Source of the DNA: Chloroflexota bacterium
Lineage (GTDB): Bacteria > Chloroflexota > Dehalococcoidia > Lucifugimonadales > UBA3495
Direction of reading: 5' to 3'
DNA: 64,000 bases
NCBI GenBank assembly: GCA_009840165.1
Contig: VXOG01000028.1
Span: 57,139-121,138, forward strand
Positions 20,532-31,325 of this stretch are shown here, piece after piece (within the stretch, counting starts at the first letter, position 1; each line of letters starts with the position of its first letter). Both the position numbers and the translations under genes were made by a program. The notes below the pieces were generated by a model. The model searched no databases and was not told the origin of the DNA. It saw only the letters and a list, made by a program, of their open reading frames with translations.

Positions 20532-21770
20532 ATGACCACCGAGATCGGTTTGCCACCGGCGCTTGACGCGCTCAAAACTACGGTTCGCCAGATTGTCCGG
20601 GATGAGTGCATACCCCTGGAACCCGAGTACCTGGCGCACCCGCCACAGGAAGGCGAACCGGAAAACGGCGCACCCCGGGGCGTCCTCGAAACCGTCCCAG
20701 GCGTTTTGGGCACCCTGTCGTCCGACCAGTGGGGTCGCCTGAACCACCTGTCCCAGCAAACCGGAATCTACACGTCATTCGTTCCGGAAGAATACGGCGG
20801 CGGCGGAATGGGCGCGCTTGGGCACCTGGTCCTGGAGGAAGAGGTCCACCGCAGCATCGTGCATCTGCCCACCTCGCCGGTGCCCATGTTCATGATCGGC
20901 GCCTGCACTCCCGAGCAGGAGGAAAAATACCTCTACCCGGCAATCAACGGCGACCTGTACTATTCCTTCGGTCAAACCGAGCCCCAGGCCGGTTCCGACC
21001 CCGGCGGCATGATGCAAACCCGTGCCGTCCGCGATGGCGACGACTGGATTCTGAACGGCACCAAGATGTTCATCTCCGGCGCGGCCTCCGCTGATTTCCT
21101 GCTGGTTCAGGCTGTAACCGACCCGGACAAACGGCAACGCGGCGGCATCACGATGTTCATCATCGACAATCCCACGCCGGGCGTCACTTTTGAGCCGATC
21201 CGTGTCTGGATTGTCCCCACCAAGGCACAGCAGCACTACATCCACCTGGACAACGTGCGCGTTCCTCAAACCCAGGTTCTCGGCGAAGTCGGTGAAGGCT
21301 TCAACCTGGGACAGCAGTGGCTGGTGCATCACGACCGGCTGCTCCGGGGCGCGATGGCGTTAGGCATACTCACCCGCGCCTTGCAGATGGCCATTGACTG
21401 GTCCCAGGAGCGCGTAACTTACGGCCGGCCCATCGCCGACCGCCAGGCCATCCAATGGATGCTGACCGACGTATATACCGACATCATCGCCCTGCGCGCC
21501 GTGGCCCGGGAAACCGCCGCCCGCGCCGATGCCGGGGAGGATGTACGCGTGGAGGCGTCAATGGTCAAATACGCCGCCGGTGAATGGGGTTGGCGCAGCA
21601 TCGACAAGATCATGCAGATTTTCGGCGGCGTCGGCGAAACTCTCGACATGCCTATCCCCCACTGGTATCACATGCTCCGCCACGCCCGAATCGGCGGCGG
21701 CACCTCGGAAATCCACAAATTCGTCATGGCCCGGGCCTTGCTCGGCGGCCGGGTCAACTTCCAGGGATAA
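20532..21770 (+). CDS. Acyl-CoA dehydrogenase family protein
   Basis: PEEYGGGG, GQTEPQAGSD, LNGTKMFIS, R.TYGRPIADRQAIQW, QIFGG, IGGGTSEI. Confidence 0.93.
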   Translation: MTTEIGLPPALDALKTTVRQIVRDECIPLEPEYLAHPPQEGEPENGAPRGVLETVPGVLGTLSSDQWGRLNHLSQQTGIYTSFVPEEYGGGGMGALGHLVLEEEVHRSIVHLPTSPVPMFMIGACTPEQEEKYLYPAINGDLYYSFGQTEPQAGSDPGGMMQTRAVRDGDDWILNGTKMFISGAASADFLLVQAVTDPDKRQRGGITMFIIDNPTPGVTFEPIRVWIVPTKAQQHYIHLDNVRVPQTQVLGEVGEGFNLGQQWLVHHDRLLRGAMALGILTRALQMAIDWSQERVTYGRPIADRQAIQWMLTDVYTDIIALRAVARETAARADAGEDVRVEASMVKYAAGEWGWRSIDKIMQIFGGVGETLDMPIPHWYHMLRHARIGGGTSEIHKFVMARALLGGRVNFQG

Positions 21771-21836
21771 GACGCGAGCGGCCAACCCGCCCGGCTCAAC
21801 AATGACCGGGCCAACTATTTCCGCAAGGAGAGATAA

Positions 21837-22640
21837 ATGTCCTATCAGAACGCAACAAAATACCTGGTTCCAGCCCTGGCTGCGGCGCTGGTGATACTCA
21901 TCGCGGCTTGGGCATTCAATCTCCCTCCTGTGTCCGCCCTGACCGACCGGGGTAGTGAACCCCTCGAATTGTCGCTCCAGCCCAGCGGTCAGGTGACAGG
22001 ATTCCCCTATGACGTGGTACAGGTATCAGGTCAAGGCACCGCCACCGGAACGCCCGACTTGGCGCAGCTCAGACTCAGTGTACAGGTTACGTCCGACACC
22101 GCGGTCGACGCTTGGACCACAGCTGCACAAAAGATGACTGCGGTTCGCAGCTCGCTAACGACCAACGGAGTTGAAGAAACCGACATTGGTACCAGCCGCA
22201 TCAGGATCCGCCCGGACTACGATTACGGCGACGATGGACGTATGCTGATTGGCTACATTGCCACCAACGGATTGAACGTAACCATTCGGGATACCGGCAC
22301 GGTTGGGACTATTCTCGATGCAGCCGTAACCGCTGGCGGCGATGATATTCGGTTGGACGACTTGGATTACCAGATCTCCGATACCACGGATTTGGAACAC
22401 GACGCCCGGGCCGCCGCTGTGCAGAACATGGAAGCCAAGGCGAAGCAGATCGCGGAATCATCCGGGCGTACTCTGGGCAACCTTAAAGTAGTCAGTGAAT
22501 TTCCCGGCGTCGGCATTGGCGGAGGAGACCAGATTTTCGCATTCGCCGCCCTCTCCGACTCCGCCCCTTACGATACCCCGGTCTCTACTGGCGAGGAAAC
22601 CATTACCGTCAGCGTTTACGGCGTGTACGAACTGCGGTGA
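21837..22640 (+). CDS. SIMPL (DUF541) domain protein
   Basis: Signal/TM, VSGQG....PDLA, GY.ATN...V, ARAAAV....AKA..IA. Confidence 0.85.
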   Translation: MSYQNATKYLVPALAAALVILIAAWAFNLPPVSALTDRGSEPLELSLQPSGQVTGFPYDVVQVSGQGTATGTPDLAQLRLSVQVTSDTAVDAWTTAAQKMTAVRSSLTTNGVEETDIGTSRIRIRPDYDYGDDGRMLIGYIATNGLNVTIRDTGTVGTILDAAVTAGGDDIRLDDLDYQISDTTDLEHDARAAAVQNMEAKAKQIAESSGRTLGNLKVVSEFPGVGIGGGDQIFAFAALSDSAPYDTPVSTGEETITVSVYGVYELR

Positions 22641-22646
22641 TCCTCC

Positions 22647-23213
22647 ATGGTTCTCAGCGACCGCACCATCCGCCGCGAACTTGACGAAGGCCGAATCGTC
22701 GTCGATCCCATAGACTTCGACGACATCCAGCCGGCCAGCATCGACCTGCACCTGGACAATCGATTCCTGGTCTTCTCAAACTCCCGGCGCCCGTACATCG
22801 ACGTGCGGGAATCCCAGGCCGATCTCACCGAAGAGGTCAAAATCCAGGGCGACGATCAATTCATACTGCACCCCGGGGAGTTCGTCCTCGGCAGCACCCT
22901 GGAGCACATTGAGCTGCCCGATGACCTGGTAGCGCGGCTGGAAGGCAAGAGCAGCCTGGGACGCATCGGCCTGCTGATCCACAGCACTGCCGGCTTCGTG
23001 GATCCGGGCTGGCGCGGCCGGCTGACCCTGGAACTGAGCAACGTCGCCCGCCTGCCCATCGCCCTGTACCAAGGTATGAAAATCGGACAGATCTCGTTCC
23101 TCCGTCTCTCTGAACCAGCCGAAAGGCTCTACGGTTCTCCGGAACTTGGCAGCAAGTATCAGGGGCAATCCGGCCCCACCGCCAGCCGCTTCCACCAGGA
23201 TTTTGCGAGCTGA
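22647..23213 (+). CDS. dcd: dCTP deaminase
   Basis: [45 protein letters not shown]. Confidence 0.96.
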   Translation: MVLSDRTIRRELDEGRIVVDPIDFDDIQPASIDLHLDNRFLVFSNSRRPYIDVRESQADLTEEVKIQGDDQFILHPGEFVLGSTLEHIELPDDLVARLEGKSSLGRIGLLIHSTAGFVDPGWRGRLTLELSNVARLPIALYQGMKIGQISFLRLSEPAERLYGSPELGSKYQGQSGPTASRFHQDFAS

Positions 23214-23328
23214 TTTCCAGACCCCACCATCATTCCCGCACCCTAACCGTATTCTAGTATCCCTAACCGTCATTCCCGCGAAAGCAGGAATCCAGAAAGC
23301 ATTTGATTCTCCCGCTCCGTCAAATTAG

Positions 23329-24456
23329 ATGACCACGACAATCAATCCCATGACCCGCGCAATCGAGCTGGCGCGCTCGGCACTGGGCAGCGCCAGCCCC
23401 AACCCGGCCGTCGGCGCCGTGGTCGTCCAAAACGGCGCGGTGGTCGGCGAGGGATACACCCTGCCCCCCGGACAGCGACACGCCGAAATCGGAGCATTGG
23501 CGCAAGCCGGTTCCTCTGCGCGGGGCGCGACTTTATTCTGCACTTTGGAACCCTGCTGCCACTACGGGCGCACGCCACCCTGCACCGACGCCATCATCGC
23601 CGCCGGGGTCAGCCGCGTGGTGTACGCCGTCCGCGACCCGAATCCGCGGGTTTCCGGGGGTGGTGAATCCGCCCTGCGCGCGGCCGGCGTCGCTGTTGAG
23701 CGGCAAACTAACCCGGAAGCCGAGGAACTCCACGAAGCGTTCGCCAAGCACATCACTACTGGTCTTCCCTTCGTTGTAGCCAAGTTCGCAATGAGCCTGG
23801 ACGGAAAGATCGCAACCCGCACCGGCTCATCCCAATGGATAACCGGATCCGCTGCCCGCGCGCGCGTCCAGCGGATGCGCAAAGAAATGGACGCCATCAT
23901 GGTCGGCATTGGCACCACCCTGGCCGATGATCCCCAGCTGACCGCCCGCGACGCGCAGGGCGAGCCGTTGCCCTCCAACCTGCAGCCCGTCCGCATTATT
24001 GTGGACAGCAGCGCACGTACTCCGCCCACCGCCCGGATGCTGAATCAACCCGGGCGCACGATAATCGCGACGGCTGCCGGCGTGCCTCGTGACCGGGTCG
24101 CCAGGCTTGAAGACGTTGGAGCAGACGTGCGTGAGTTCCCCGGATCGGATGGCCGTGTGGATCTGCGCAAGATGTTGAAATTCGTCGGCGGCCAGGGAAT
24201 CGTTAGCGTCCTTGTGGAAGGTGGCGGCTTGGTACTCGGCGCAACTCTGGACGTTGGGCTGATTGACAAGGTATGCGCGTTCGTCGCGCCAATGCTGATT
24301 GGCGGGGCCGGCGCACCCTCACCCGTAGCCGGCAGCGGCGCAGCCGTCATCGCCGACGCCTTGAGACTCGAACGCACACGCATTGAACCCATCGGACCGG
24401 ACTGGCTGATCACCGGTTATCCCATGACCGGGTATCCAATAAATGGAGGCGGCTGA
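23329..24456 (+). CDS. ribD: Riboflavin biosynthesis deaminase/reductase
   Basis: PNPAVG, HAE, TLEPCCHYGRTPPC, SLDGKIA, VEGG. Confidence 0.96.
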   Translation: MTTTINPMTRAIELARSALGSASPNPAVGAVVVQNGAVVGEGYTLPPGQRHAEIGALAQAGSSARGATLFCTLEPCCHYGRTPPCTDAIIAAGVSRVVYAVRDPNPRVSGGGESALRAAGVAVERQTNPEAEELHEAFAKHITTGLPFVVAKFAMSLDGKIATRTGSSQWITGSAARARVQRMRKEMDAIMVGIGTTLADDPQLTARDAQGEPLPSNLQPVRIIVDSSARTPPTARMLNQPGRTIIATAAGVPRDRVARLEDVGADVREFPGSDGRVDLRKMLKFVGGQGIVSVLVEGGGLVLGATLDVGLIDKVCAFVAPMLIGGAGAPSPVAGSGAAVIADALRLERTRIEPIGPDWLITGYPMTGYPINGGG

Positions 24457-25041
24457 ATGTTCACTGGAATCGTCGAAGAAGTAGGCCGCGTATCCGGCCT
24501 GAATGACTATCGTTTCGTCATCAACGCCGAAAAAACGCTGACGGACGTAAAGGTCGGCGACAGCATATCCGTCAACGGAGCCTGTCTCACCGTCGTTGAG
24601 TTTGATGACAGCAGTTTTGCGGTTGACCTGGCCCCCGAAACCCTGCGGCGCACGTCGCTGGGCGAGGCCGGGTCGGGATCGGCCGTCAACTTGGAGCGCG
24701 CGTTGTCGGCCAGCGACCGGATGGGCGGCCACATCGTGCAGGGCCACGTGGACGGAACCGGAGCCATCACCGGCCTCACTCCCGAAGCCGACTGCTACAT
24801 CATGGAGATCGAGTCCTCTGAATCGCTGGTCCCCTACATCGTCGAGAAAGGCTTTATCGCGGTTGACGGAATCAGCCTTACGGTGGTACAAAGAACGGAG
24901 CGCCGCTTCACAATATCTGTCATACCCTTCACGATGCAGAATACTAACCTGCACGAAAAATCGGTTGGCGATCGGGTTAATTTGGAAGCGGACATTTTAG
25001 CCAAATACGTGGAAAGTCTCCTCCAGTCCAGATTGAGTTGA
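24457..25041 (+). CDS. ribE: Riboflavin synthase (alpha chain)
   Basis: MFTGIVEE, GDSISVNGACLTV, GGHIVQGHVD, KGFIAVDGISLT, VNLEAD. Confidence 0.96.
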   Translation: MFTGIVEEVGRVSGLNDYRFVINAEKTLTDVKVGDSISVNGACLTVVEFDDSSFAVDLAPETLRRTSLGEAGSGSAVNLERALSASDRMGGHIVQGHVDGTGAITGLTPEADCYIMEIESSESLVPYIVEKGFIAVDGISLTVVQRTERRFTISVIPFTMQNTNLHEKSVGDRVNLEADILAKYVESLLQSRLS

Positions 25042-25074
25042 CTTCCAAACCGTCCGACGGAAATTGCTACCTGC

Positions 25075-25698
25075 ATGCAACTGGCGAGCATCGAACAGGG
25101 TCTCGAGGACCTGAAAGCCGGTAAATTCCTCATCGTTGTTGACGACCAGGATCGCGAAAACGAGGGTGACCTTGTCATGCCGGCGGAGCATGTCACTGCG
25201 GAGTCCGTCAATTTCATGGTGACCCACGCCCGCGGTCAGCTTTGTATGCCCATGATGTCCGAGCGACTTGCCGAATTGGACATACCGCTATTGCCCAGTC
25301 GCAACTCCGACTCTGACATGCCCACCGCTTTCACCATGCCGGTGGATTACGCTATCAACACGTCCACAGGCATTTCCGCTGGAGACCGCGCCGCAACAAT
25401 CCAGGCGCTAATCAATCCCGATTCGCGCCCGGAGGATTTCATTCAACCGGGCCACCTGTTCCCGCTGCGCTATCACGAGGGCGGCGTACTCGTCCGGCCC
25501 GGTCATACTGAGGCCATCATCGACCTGTGCCGTCTCGCCGGCCTTTACCCCGCGGGCATAGTATGTGAAATCATGAGGAAAGACGGCTCCATGGCCCGCC
25601 TCCCCGACCTCATCCCCATGGCCGAGGACTTCTCCCTCAATATCCTGTCCATCGAGGACCTGATCGCCTACCGCCGGCAGCACGACCCGGAGGAATAA
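25075..25698 (+). CDS. ribB: 3,4-dihydroxy-2-butanone 4-phosphate synthase
   Basis: DDQDRENEGD, TAFT, TGISA.DR, PGHLFPL, GHTEA, CEI. Confidence 0.93.
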   Translation: MQLASIEQGLEDLKAGKFLIVVDDQDRENEGDLVMPAEHVTAESVNFMVTHARGQLCMPMMSERLAELDIPLLPSRNSDSDMPTAFTMPVDYAINTSTGISAGDRAATIQALINPDSRPEDFIQPGHLFPLRYHEGGVLVRPGHTEAIIDLCRLAGLYPAGIVCEIMRKDGSMARLPDLIPMAEDFSLNILSIEDLIAYRRQHDPEE

Positions 25699-26930
25699 TG
25701 CCCCTATGCAGCCTTGATGAGGCTCTGGAAGATCTTACCTCCGGAAAATTCGTGATCGTTGTGGACGACGAGGGTCGTGAAAACGAAGGCGACCTGTTCC
25801 TCCTTGCGCAGCATGCGACCCCGGACGCCATCAACTTCATGGTGACCCATGCTCGGGGCCTGGTTTGCATTCCCCTGTCTGCCGAGCGCTTGGACGAACT
25901 GCGGATACCCATGTTGCGGAGCCGTAATTCCACGTCTTCCCAGCCGACCGCGTTCACGACATCTGTGGATTACAAACTCGGCACCACCACCGGAATATCT
26001 GCCTTTGACCGCAGCGCGACCATTCGCGCCCTGATCGATCCTGATTCTCTACCCGAGGACTTTATCCACCCTGGGCATATGTTCCCGTTGCGCGCCAGTC
26101 AGGGCGGCGTTTTGCGCCGTCCGGGACACACCGAAGCCATCATCGACCTGTGCAAACAGGCGGGCGCATATCCCGCCGGCGTGATCTGCGAAATCATGAA
26201 TCCCGACGGCACCATGGCGCGGATGCCCGAGCTGGAGTTGTTTGCTCAAGAGCACAACCTGAACATATTCAGCATTGCCCAACTCATCGCCCACCGGCGC
26301 ATGAGCGAAAGGCTGGTGTCCCGCGTCGCCGAGGCCAACCTGCCCACCAAGTACGGCGTCGCTCGTATCATCGGATACGGTAGCGCTATCGATAGCGGGG
26401 AACACGCCGCCCTGATCGTTGGCGATTGGTCGCCAGGCGACGAGGTGTTGGTGCGAGTCCACAGTGAATGTCTTACCGGCGACGCTTTCGGCAGCCTGAA
26501 ATGCGATTGCGGCGAACAGCTCGACATGGCTTTGCGCATGATCTTCGAGAACGGCTCCGGAGCCCTGATCTACCTACGCCAGGAAGGCCGGGGAATTGGC
26601 CTGCACAACAAGATCAAGGCCTACGCGCTACAGGACGTCGGTATGGACACCATCGAGGCCAACGTTGCCCTCGGCTTCCAGCCCGACGAGCGCAAGTATG
26701 ACCTGGCAGTGCAAATCATGCAGGACTTGGGAATAACTCGCACCCAACTGGTTACCAACAATCCACATAAGATGGCCGGCATCAGCGGCTTGGGTGTGGA
26801 GGTCGTGGGGCGAGTGAGCCTTGCGGTGCCGCCCAACGAGTCCAACGAAGGCTATATGCGAATCAAGCGCGAGACCATGGGGCACCTGCTCTCTCCGGCC
26901 CAAGCCAGACCCCCCAACGTCTCCGGCTGA
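25698..26930 (+). CDS. ribBA: Bifunctional DHBP synthase / GTP cyclohydrolase II
   Basis: RibB motifs plus RVHSECLTGD.FGS.KCDC, QEGRGIGL..K, TNNP.K. Confidence 0.95.
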   Translation: MPLCSLDEALEDLTSGKFVIVVDDEGRENEGDLFLLAQHATPDAINFMVTHARGLVCIPLSAERLDELRIPMLRSRNSTSSQPTAFTTSVDYKLGTTTGISAFDRSATIRALIDPDSLPEDFIHPGHMFPLRASQGGVLRRPGHTEAIIDLCKQAGAYPAGVICEIMNPDGTMARMPELELFAQEHNLNIFSIAQLIAHRRMSERLVSRVAEANLPTKYGVARIIGYGSAIDSGEHAALIVGDWSPGDEVLVRVHSECLTGDAFGSLKCDCGEQLDMALRMIFENGSGALIYLRQEGRGIGLHNKIKAYALQDVGMDTIEANVALGFQPDERKYDLAVQIMQDLGITRTQLVTNNPHKMAGISGLGVEVVGRVSLAVPPNESNEGYMRIKRETMGHLLSPAQARPPNVSG

Positions 26931-27016
26931 GCCTCTGCCACCTTTCCCACCCGCCGCATCACGTCATTCCGTCCCACCCCGTCATTCCCGCTTTCGCGGG
27001 AATCCAGGCGGCGCGC

Positions 27017-28124
27017 TTAACCGTCATCGCCCAGCTTGCTCACCAGGTAGGCCTCGATGAAGCCGTCGATCTCCCCGGCCAGCACCGCATCGGTATTTCC
27101 GGTCTGGTGATCGGTCCGGTGGTCCTTCACCGATCTGTACGGGTGCAGGACGTAGCTTCGTATCTGATTGCCCCACTCGGCGGACACCCTCTCTCCGCGT
27201 AGCGTTGACAGTTCCCGCTCCCGTTCTTGCTCTTGCCGCGCCAGCAGTCTAGCCCGCAGGATCCGCATGGCGTAATCTCGATTCTGGTGCTGCGAACGCT
27301 CCGTCTGGCAGGACACCACGATTCCGCTGGGAACGTGGGTCAACCGCACCGCCGACGCCACCTTCTGCACGTTCTGTCCGCCCGGGCCGCTGGACCGGAA
27401 AAAGTCCATCTTAATGTCTTCGGGACGCACCTCCACCTCGGTATCCTCCCCCACCACCGCCGGCAAAACTTCGACCCTGGCAAAGGACGTCTGCCGGCGC
27501 CGCGCCGGGTCAAAGGGCGACATCCGCACCAGCCGATGCACGCCTACCTCCGCGTTCAGGTATCCGAAGGCGTGCTCCCCGCCAATCTCCATGGTGCTGG
27601 TACGCAACCCAGCCTCGTCGCCGTAGGCCGTGTCCAGCACCTGCACCGACCGGCCATCGGAGCTGGCCCATCCGGCGTACATACCGGTTAACATCTCCAC
27701 CCAGTCGTGGGAATCTGTGCCACCGGCCCCTGAATGTATGGTGAGGATCGCCGGCCGGTCGTCGTATGGCCCCGACAGCGTCAATTCCATCTCGGCACGG
27801 GCCAGCCGGCTGGCCACATCCTCGGTCTCGGCGGCCAGTTCATCCGCGATACTCTCATCGCCGGTCTCCATGGCAAGCTCGGTCAGCTCAGCAAGATCGC
27901 CCACCTGGGCTTGCAGGCCCCGCCATAGCTCTACCGACTGCTGCAACTTGCCTAGTTCCTGCATCTTGCGCTGGGCCGAAGCGGGGTCATCCCAGAAACC
28001 GGTTGCGGCCGCCTCAGCCTCCAGTTCACCTATGGATTTCTCCCTGCCGGCAAGGTCAAAGACGCTCCACGACCGCCTCAACCTTGACGGCCATGTCGGT
28101 TAGTTGCTGGCGTAGTTCATCCAT
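27017..28124 (-). CDS. prfB: Peptide chain release factor 2 (programmed +1 frameshift)
   Basis: SPF and GGQ motifs; upstream frame ATG 28124 MDELRQQLTDMAVKVEAVVERL ends in CTT-TGA-C (28061-28055) preceded by SD-like GGAG. Confidence 0.96.
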
Positions 28125-28255
28125 TGGTGGGTTCCTCCTGTCCCGCGACGAGTGTCTCGCCGCAGCATTGCGAGAATAATTATACATGGGATGGGCTATA
28201 ATCAATTCCTATCCATTCCGAAAACCGTAATCATAAACTAGGCAGGTAGCCCCCG

Positions 28256-30025
28256 ATGCTGGATCACGGAACCCCCGAACACGTCGTTGACGATCCCATT
28301 GAATCTCTGCGCCACCGTATGCGCCACTCGGCTGCCCACGTGATGGCAGATGCCGTCGTGCAACTCTTCCCGGAGGCCAAGGTGGCCATCGGTCCTCCCA
28401 CCGCCGATGGTTTCTACTACGATTTCGAGGTCGAGCGGCCCTTCACACCGGAGGATCTGGAACGCATCGAGGCGCTGATGCTCGACACCATTAAGTCCAA
28501 CGCGCCCTTCCTGCGGGAAGAGTTGAGCCGCGAGTCCGCGCAGTCCATGTTCTCAGCTCAGCCCTTCAAGCAGGAAATCATCGACGACCTGCCCGACGAA
28601 ACCACGCTCAGCATCTACCGCCACGGCGAGTTCACCGACCTCTGCCAGGGGCCTCACGTCGCCAGCACCGGCGAGATTACCGCCGTCAAGCTGCTGCACA
28701 CCGCCGGAGCCTACTGGCGCGGCGACGAAAACCGCCCCATGCTCCAGCGCATCTATGGCACCGCCTTCGAGTCGCAAGAGGCATTGGAGGCGCACCTGGA
28801 ACGCCTGGCCGAGGCGGAACGACGCGACCACCGCACGCTGAGCCGACAGCTCAACCTGTTCACCATCCACGACGAAATCGGCCCTGGTCTCATCGTCTGG
28901 CAACCCAAGGGTGGGATCATACGGTCAATCATCGAAAACTACTGGCGCGACATCCACTACCGCCGCGGTTACAACATCGTCTATTCGCCCCACATCGGGC
29001 GGGCGCGGCTCTGGGAAACCAGCGGACATCTGGATTTCTACCGGGACAGCATGTACGCCCCCATGGAGATCGACGAGCAGGAATACTTCCTCAAGCCAAT
29101 GAACTGTCCGTTCCATATCCAGATTTACCGCTCGGCGCTGCGCAGCTACCGGGAGTTGCCGCTGCGGATTGCCGAACTGGGCACCGTGTATCGCTACGAA
29201 CGCAGCGGCGTGCTGCACGGCATCACGCGGGTGCGCGGATTCACTCAGGACGATGCTCACATCTTCTGCCTGCCCGGCCAGGTTCCGGACGAGGTGGGCG
29301 GCGTGCTGGACATGACTTTTGATATTCTGGCCGCCTTTGGATTCGATGACTACGACATTATGTTGTCCACCCGTCCCGAAAAATACGTGGGCGAACCGGA
29401 AATGTGGGAGCACGCCACCGAATCGCTGCGGCAGGCCCTGGTGTCCCGGGGGCTGACTTACGACATTGACGAAGGTGGCGGCGCGTTCTACGGCCCCAAG
29501 ATCGACATCAACATTACCGACGCCCTGGGCCGCGCCTGGCAATGCACCACCGTCCAGTTCGACTTTAACCTGCCCGAACGCTTCGGCCTGGTGTACCAGG
29601 ACGAACACGGCGACCGTGTGCAGCCGTACATGGTCCACCGTGCCATATTGGGCTCACTGGAGCGATTCTTCGGCGTCCTCGTGGAGCACTACGCCGGCGC
29701 GTTTCCGCTCTGGCTGGCTCCCGTGCAGTCAGTCGTTATCCCCATTGCCGACCGCCACAACGAGTACGCCGAGCAGGTTGCCAGCCAGCTGCGCGATGCC
29801 GGCTTCCGCGTGGAAGTGGACGACCGCAGTGAGCGCATGAACCAGAAAATCCGCCAGGCCCAGTTGCAGAAAACGCCATACATGCTCGTCGTCGGTGACC
29901 GCGAGGCCGACGCCAACGCCGCTGCCGTCCGCACTCGAGACGGCGACAACCACGGCGCAATGTCCCTCTCCGACGTCAAGGCGATGCTCGCCGCTGACCT
30001 GGTCGGCACCCCGGCGGCAAGGTAG
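28256..30025 (+). CDS. thrS: Threonine--tRNA ligase
   Basis: HSAAH, DLCQGPH, RDHR, KPMNCP, YRYERSG, GFTQDDAH, GAFYGPK, HRAI.GS.ERF. Confidence 0.98.
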   Translation: MLDHGTPEHVVDDPIESLRHRMRHSAAHVMADAVVQLFPEAKVAIGPPTADGFYYDFEVERPFTPEDLERIEALMLDTIKSNAPFLREELSRESAQSMFSAQPFKQEIIDDLPDETTLSIYRHGEFTDLCQGPHVASTGEITAVKLLHTAGAYWRGDENRPMLQRIYGTAFESQEALEAHLERLAEAERRDHRTLSRQLNLFTIHDEIGPGLIVWQPKGGIIRSIIENYWRDIHYRRGYNIVYSPHIGRARLWETSGHLDFYRDSMYAPMEIDEQEYFLKPMNCPFHIQIYRSALRSYRELPLRIAELGTVYRYERSGVLHGITRVRGFTQDDAHIFCLPGQVPDEVGGVLDMTFDILAAFGFDDYDIMLSTRPEKYVGEPEMWEHATESLRQALVSRGLTYDIDEGGGAFYGPKIDINITDALGRAWQCTTVQFDFNLPERFGLVYQDEHGDRVQPYMVHRAILGSLERFFGVLVEHYAGAFPLWLAPVQSVVIPIADRHNEYAEQVASQLRDAGFRVEVDDRSERMNQKIRQAQLQKTPYMLVVGDREADANAAAVRTRDGDNHGAMSLSDVKAMLAADLVGTPAAR

Positions 30026-30060
30026 AGGAGGCGAAAAAGCGCGACGAACGCCTGCGGGCA

Positions 30061-30413
30061 ATGCGCCCCGAACTGATCAAAAAGTACCCCGACAAGTGGG
30101 TCGCAATCACTGAGACTAACGTGTTCATCGTCGCAGACTCAGTGAAGGAACTCGTCGAGAAAGCCGAAGAACTCGGCGCGCGCCCTGGTTTTTCAGCGCG
30201 TGAGTTCCTGAACACTAAGACGCGCCGGCTGTGGTCTCCTTCTACGACGGGCAGGCCCGGAATGATTTTCGCATCGATCTCCACATCGGCAAACCCCATC
30301 CCATAACCGATGGCCTGGACTCGCTGCTTGGACGCGACGTTCTGAACGAGTTGGAGATGCGGTATGCCCCTCGGCGTGGCGAGTTAGGTTTCTCCCCGGA
30401 TGGGGAACCGTAG
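30061..30413 (+). pseudogene. Remnant of a DUF5678-like gene plus retropepsin-like aspartyl protease gene
   Basis: ELIKKYPDKWVAI (DUF5678-like) overlaps a second-frame fragment SLLGRDVLN (clan AA protease C-terminal motif) that lacks the catalytic DTG. Confidence 0.55.
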
Positions 30414-30427
30414 GCAGGCCAGACCGC

Positions 30428-31285
30428 CTAACTCCCTGCCAACTCCCGCAGCGCTCCTACAAAATCCCCGCCTCCGCCATAGCCCTTGCGAAACGTAATC
30501 ACTCCGTTTGCGTCCATGGCGATCATGGACGACTGGCTGGTAATTCTCAGGTCCGCCAGCATGGATCCCACCGGTTGGGTGGCGATCATGTCCGAGTATC
30601 CGTTGTCTTCGATGTAACCCTCCAGACGGCTCGCGCTTTCGCTGAAAGAGACCAGGTAAAAATCGACTTGTCCTGCCTGCTCAGATACGAGGGGGGCCAG
30701 CGTCCGCAACTCGGCGCGGCAGGTTGGTCACCAGGTCGCGAAATACATCATAAACGCCGGCCGGCCCGCCAACGTCAGATCCGTCAACGCAATCACCGTT
30801 CCGTCCGAACCCTCCATGGTGAAGGCCGGCGGTATCTCGCCGACATTCGTACCCACCGGCGCGGCTGGAACCGACGGAGCCTCTGTTGCAAGTGCCGTGG
30901 GTGTCTCTGCCGGCGGAAGCGGCGTATCAGTTGCAGCAGCGGCCAACGTCGGCGCTGATGTGGCGGTAGCTGCCGTTGTGTCCGCGGGCGCCGCAGTCAC
31001 AGTCGGTTTGGAAGTCTCAGTCGTCGCCGTGGGCGCTTGACTTGCCGGCTGAGAAGCAGCGGTAGGAGCTTCGGTAGCAGCAGCGGCTGTTGCTGCCGGT
31101 CGAGTGGCCGTAGCCATCTCAGCAGCGGAAGCCTGCGTGGCCTGCGGATCGGCGGTGGCCGGCGCGGCAGCAGGTTGCCCCGGCGCTGCTGGAGCCGGCG
31201 GCGCTTCCGATGCGCACGCCGAGAGAATCACCACCATCCCGGCGCCGATTGCAAACGCCAATGTTCTGCGAACTCTGTCCATCAT
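30428..31285 (-). CDS. Selenocysteine-containing TlpA/redoxin-like lipoprotein (WUPTC)
   Basis: ORFs 30728-31285 and 30428-30709 are in one frame joined by TGA at 30728-30730 (FATW-U-PTC-RAEL); lipobox LSAC; selA present. Confidence 0.88.
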
Positions 31286-31325
31286 CTTGTGCTTTCGGCG
31301 TCAACGACGCCGCCGGCTACCCTCA

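Noticed and set aside
23214-23328. FMN riboswitch upstream of ribD
   Set aside because: Gap is short and occupied by a family A repeat; no RFN consensus
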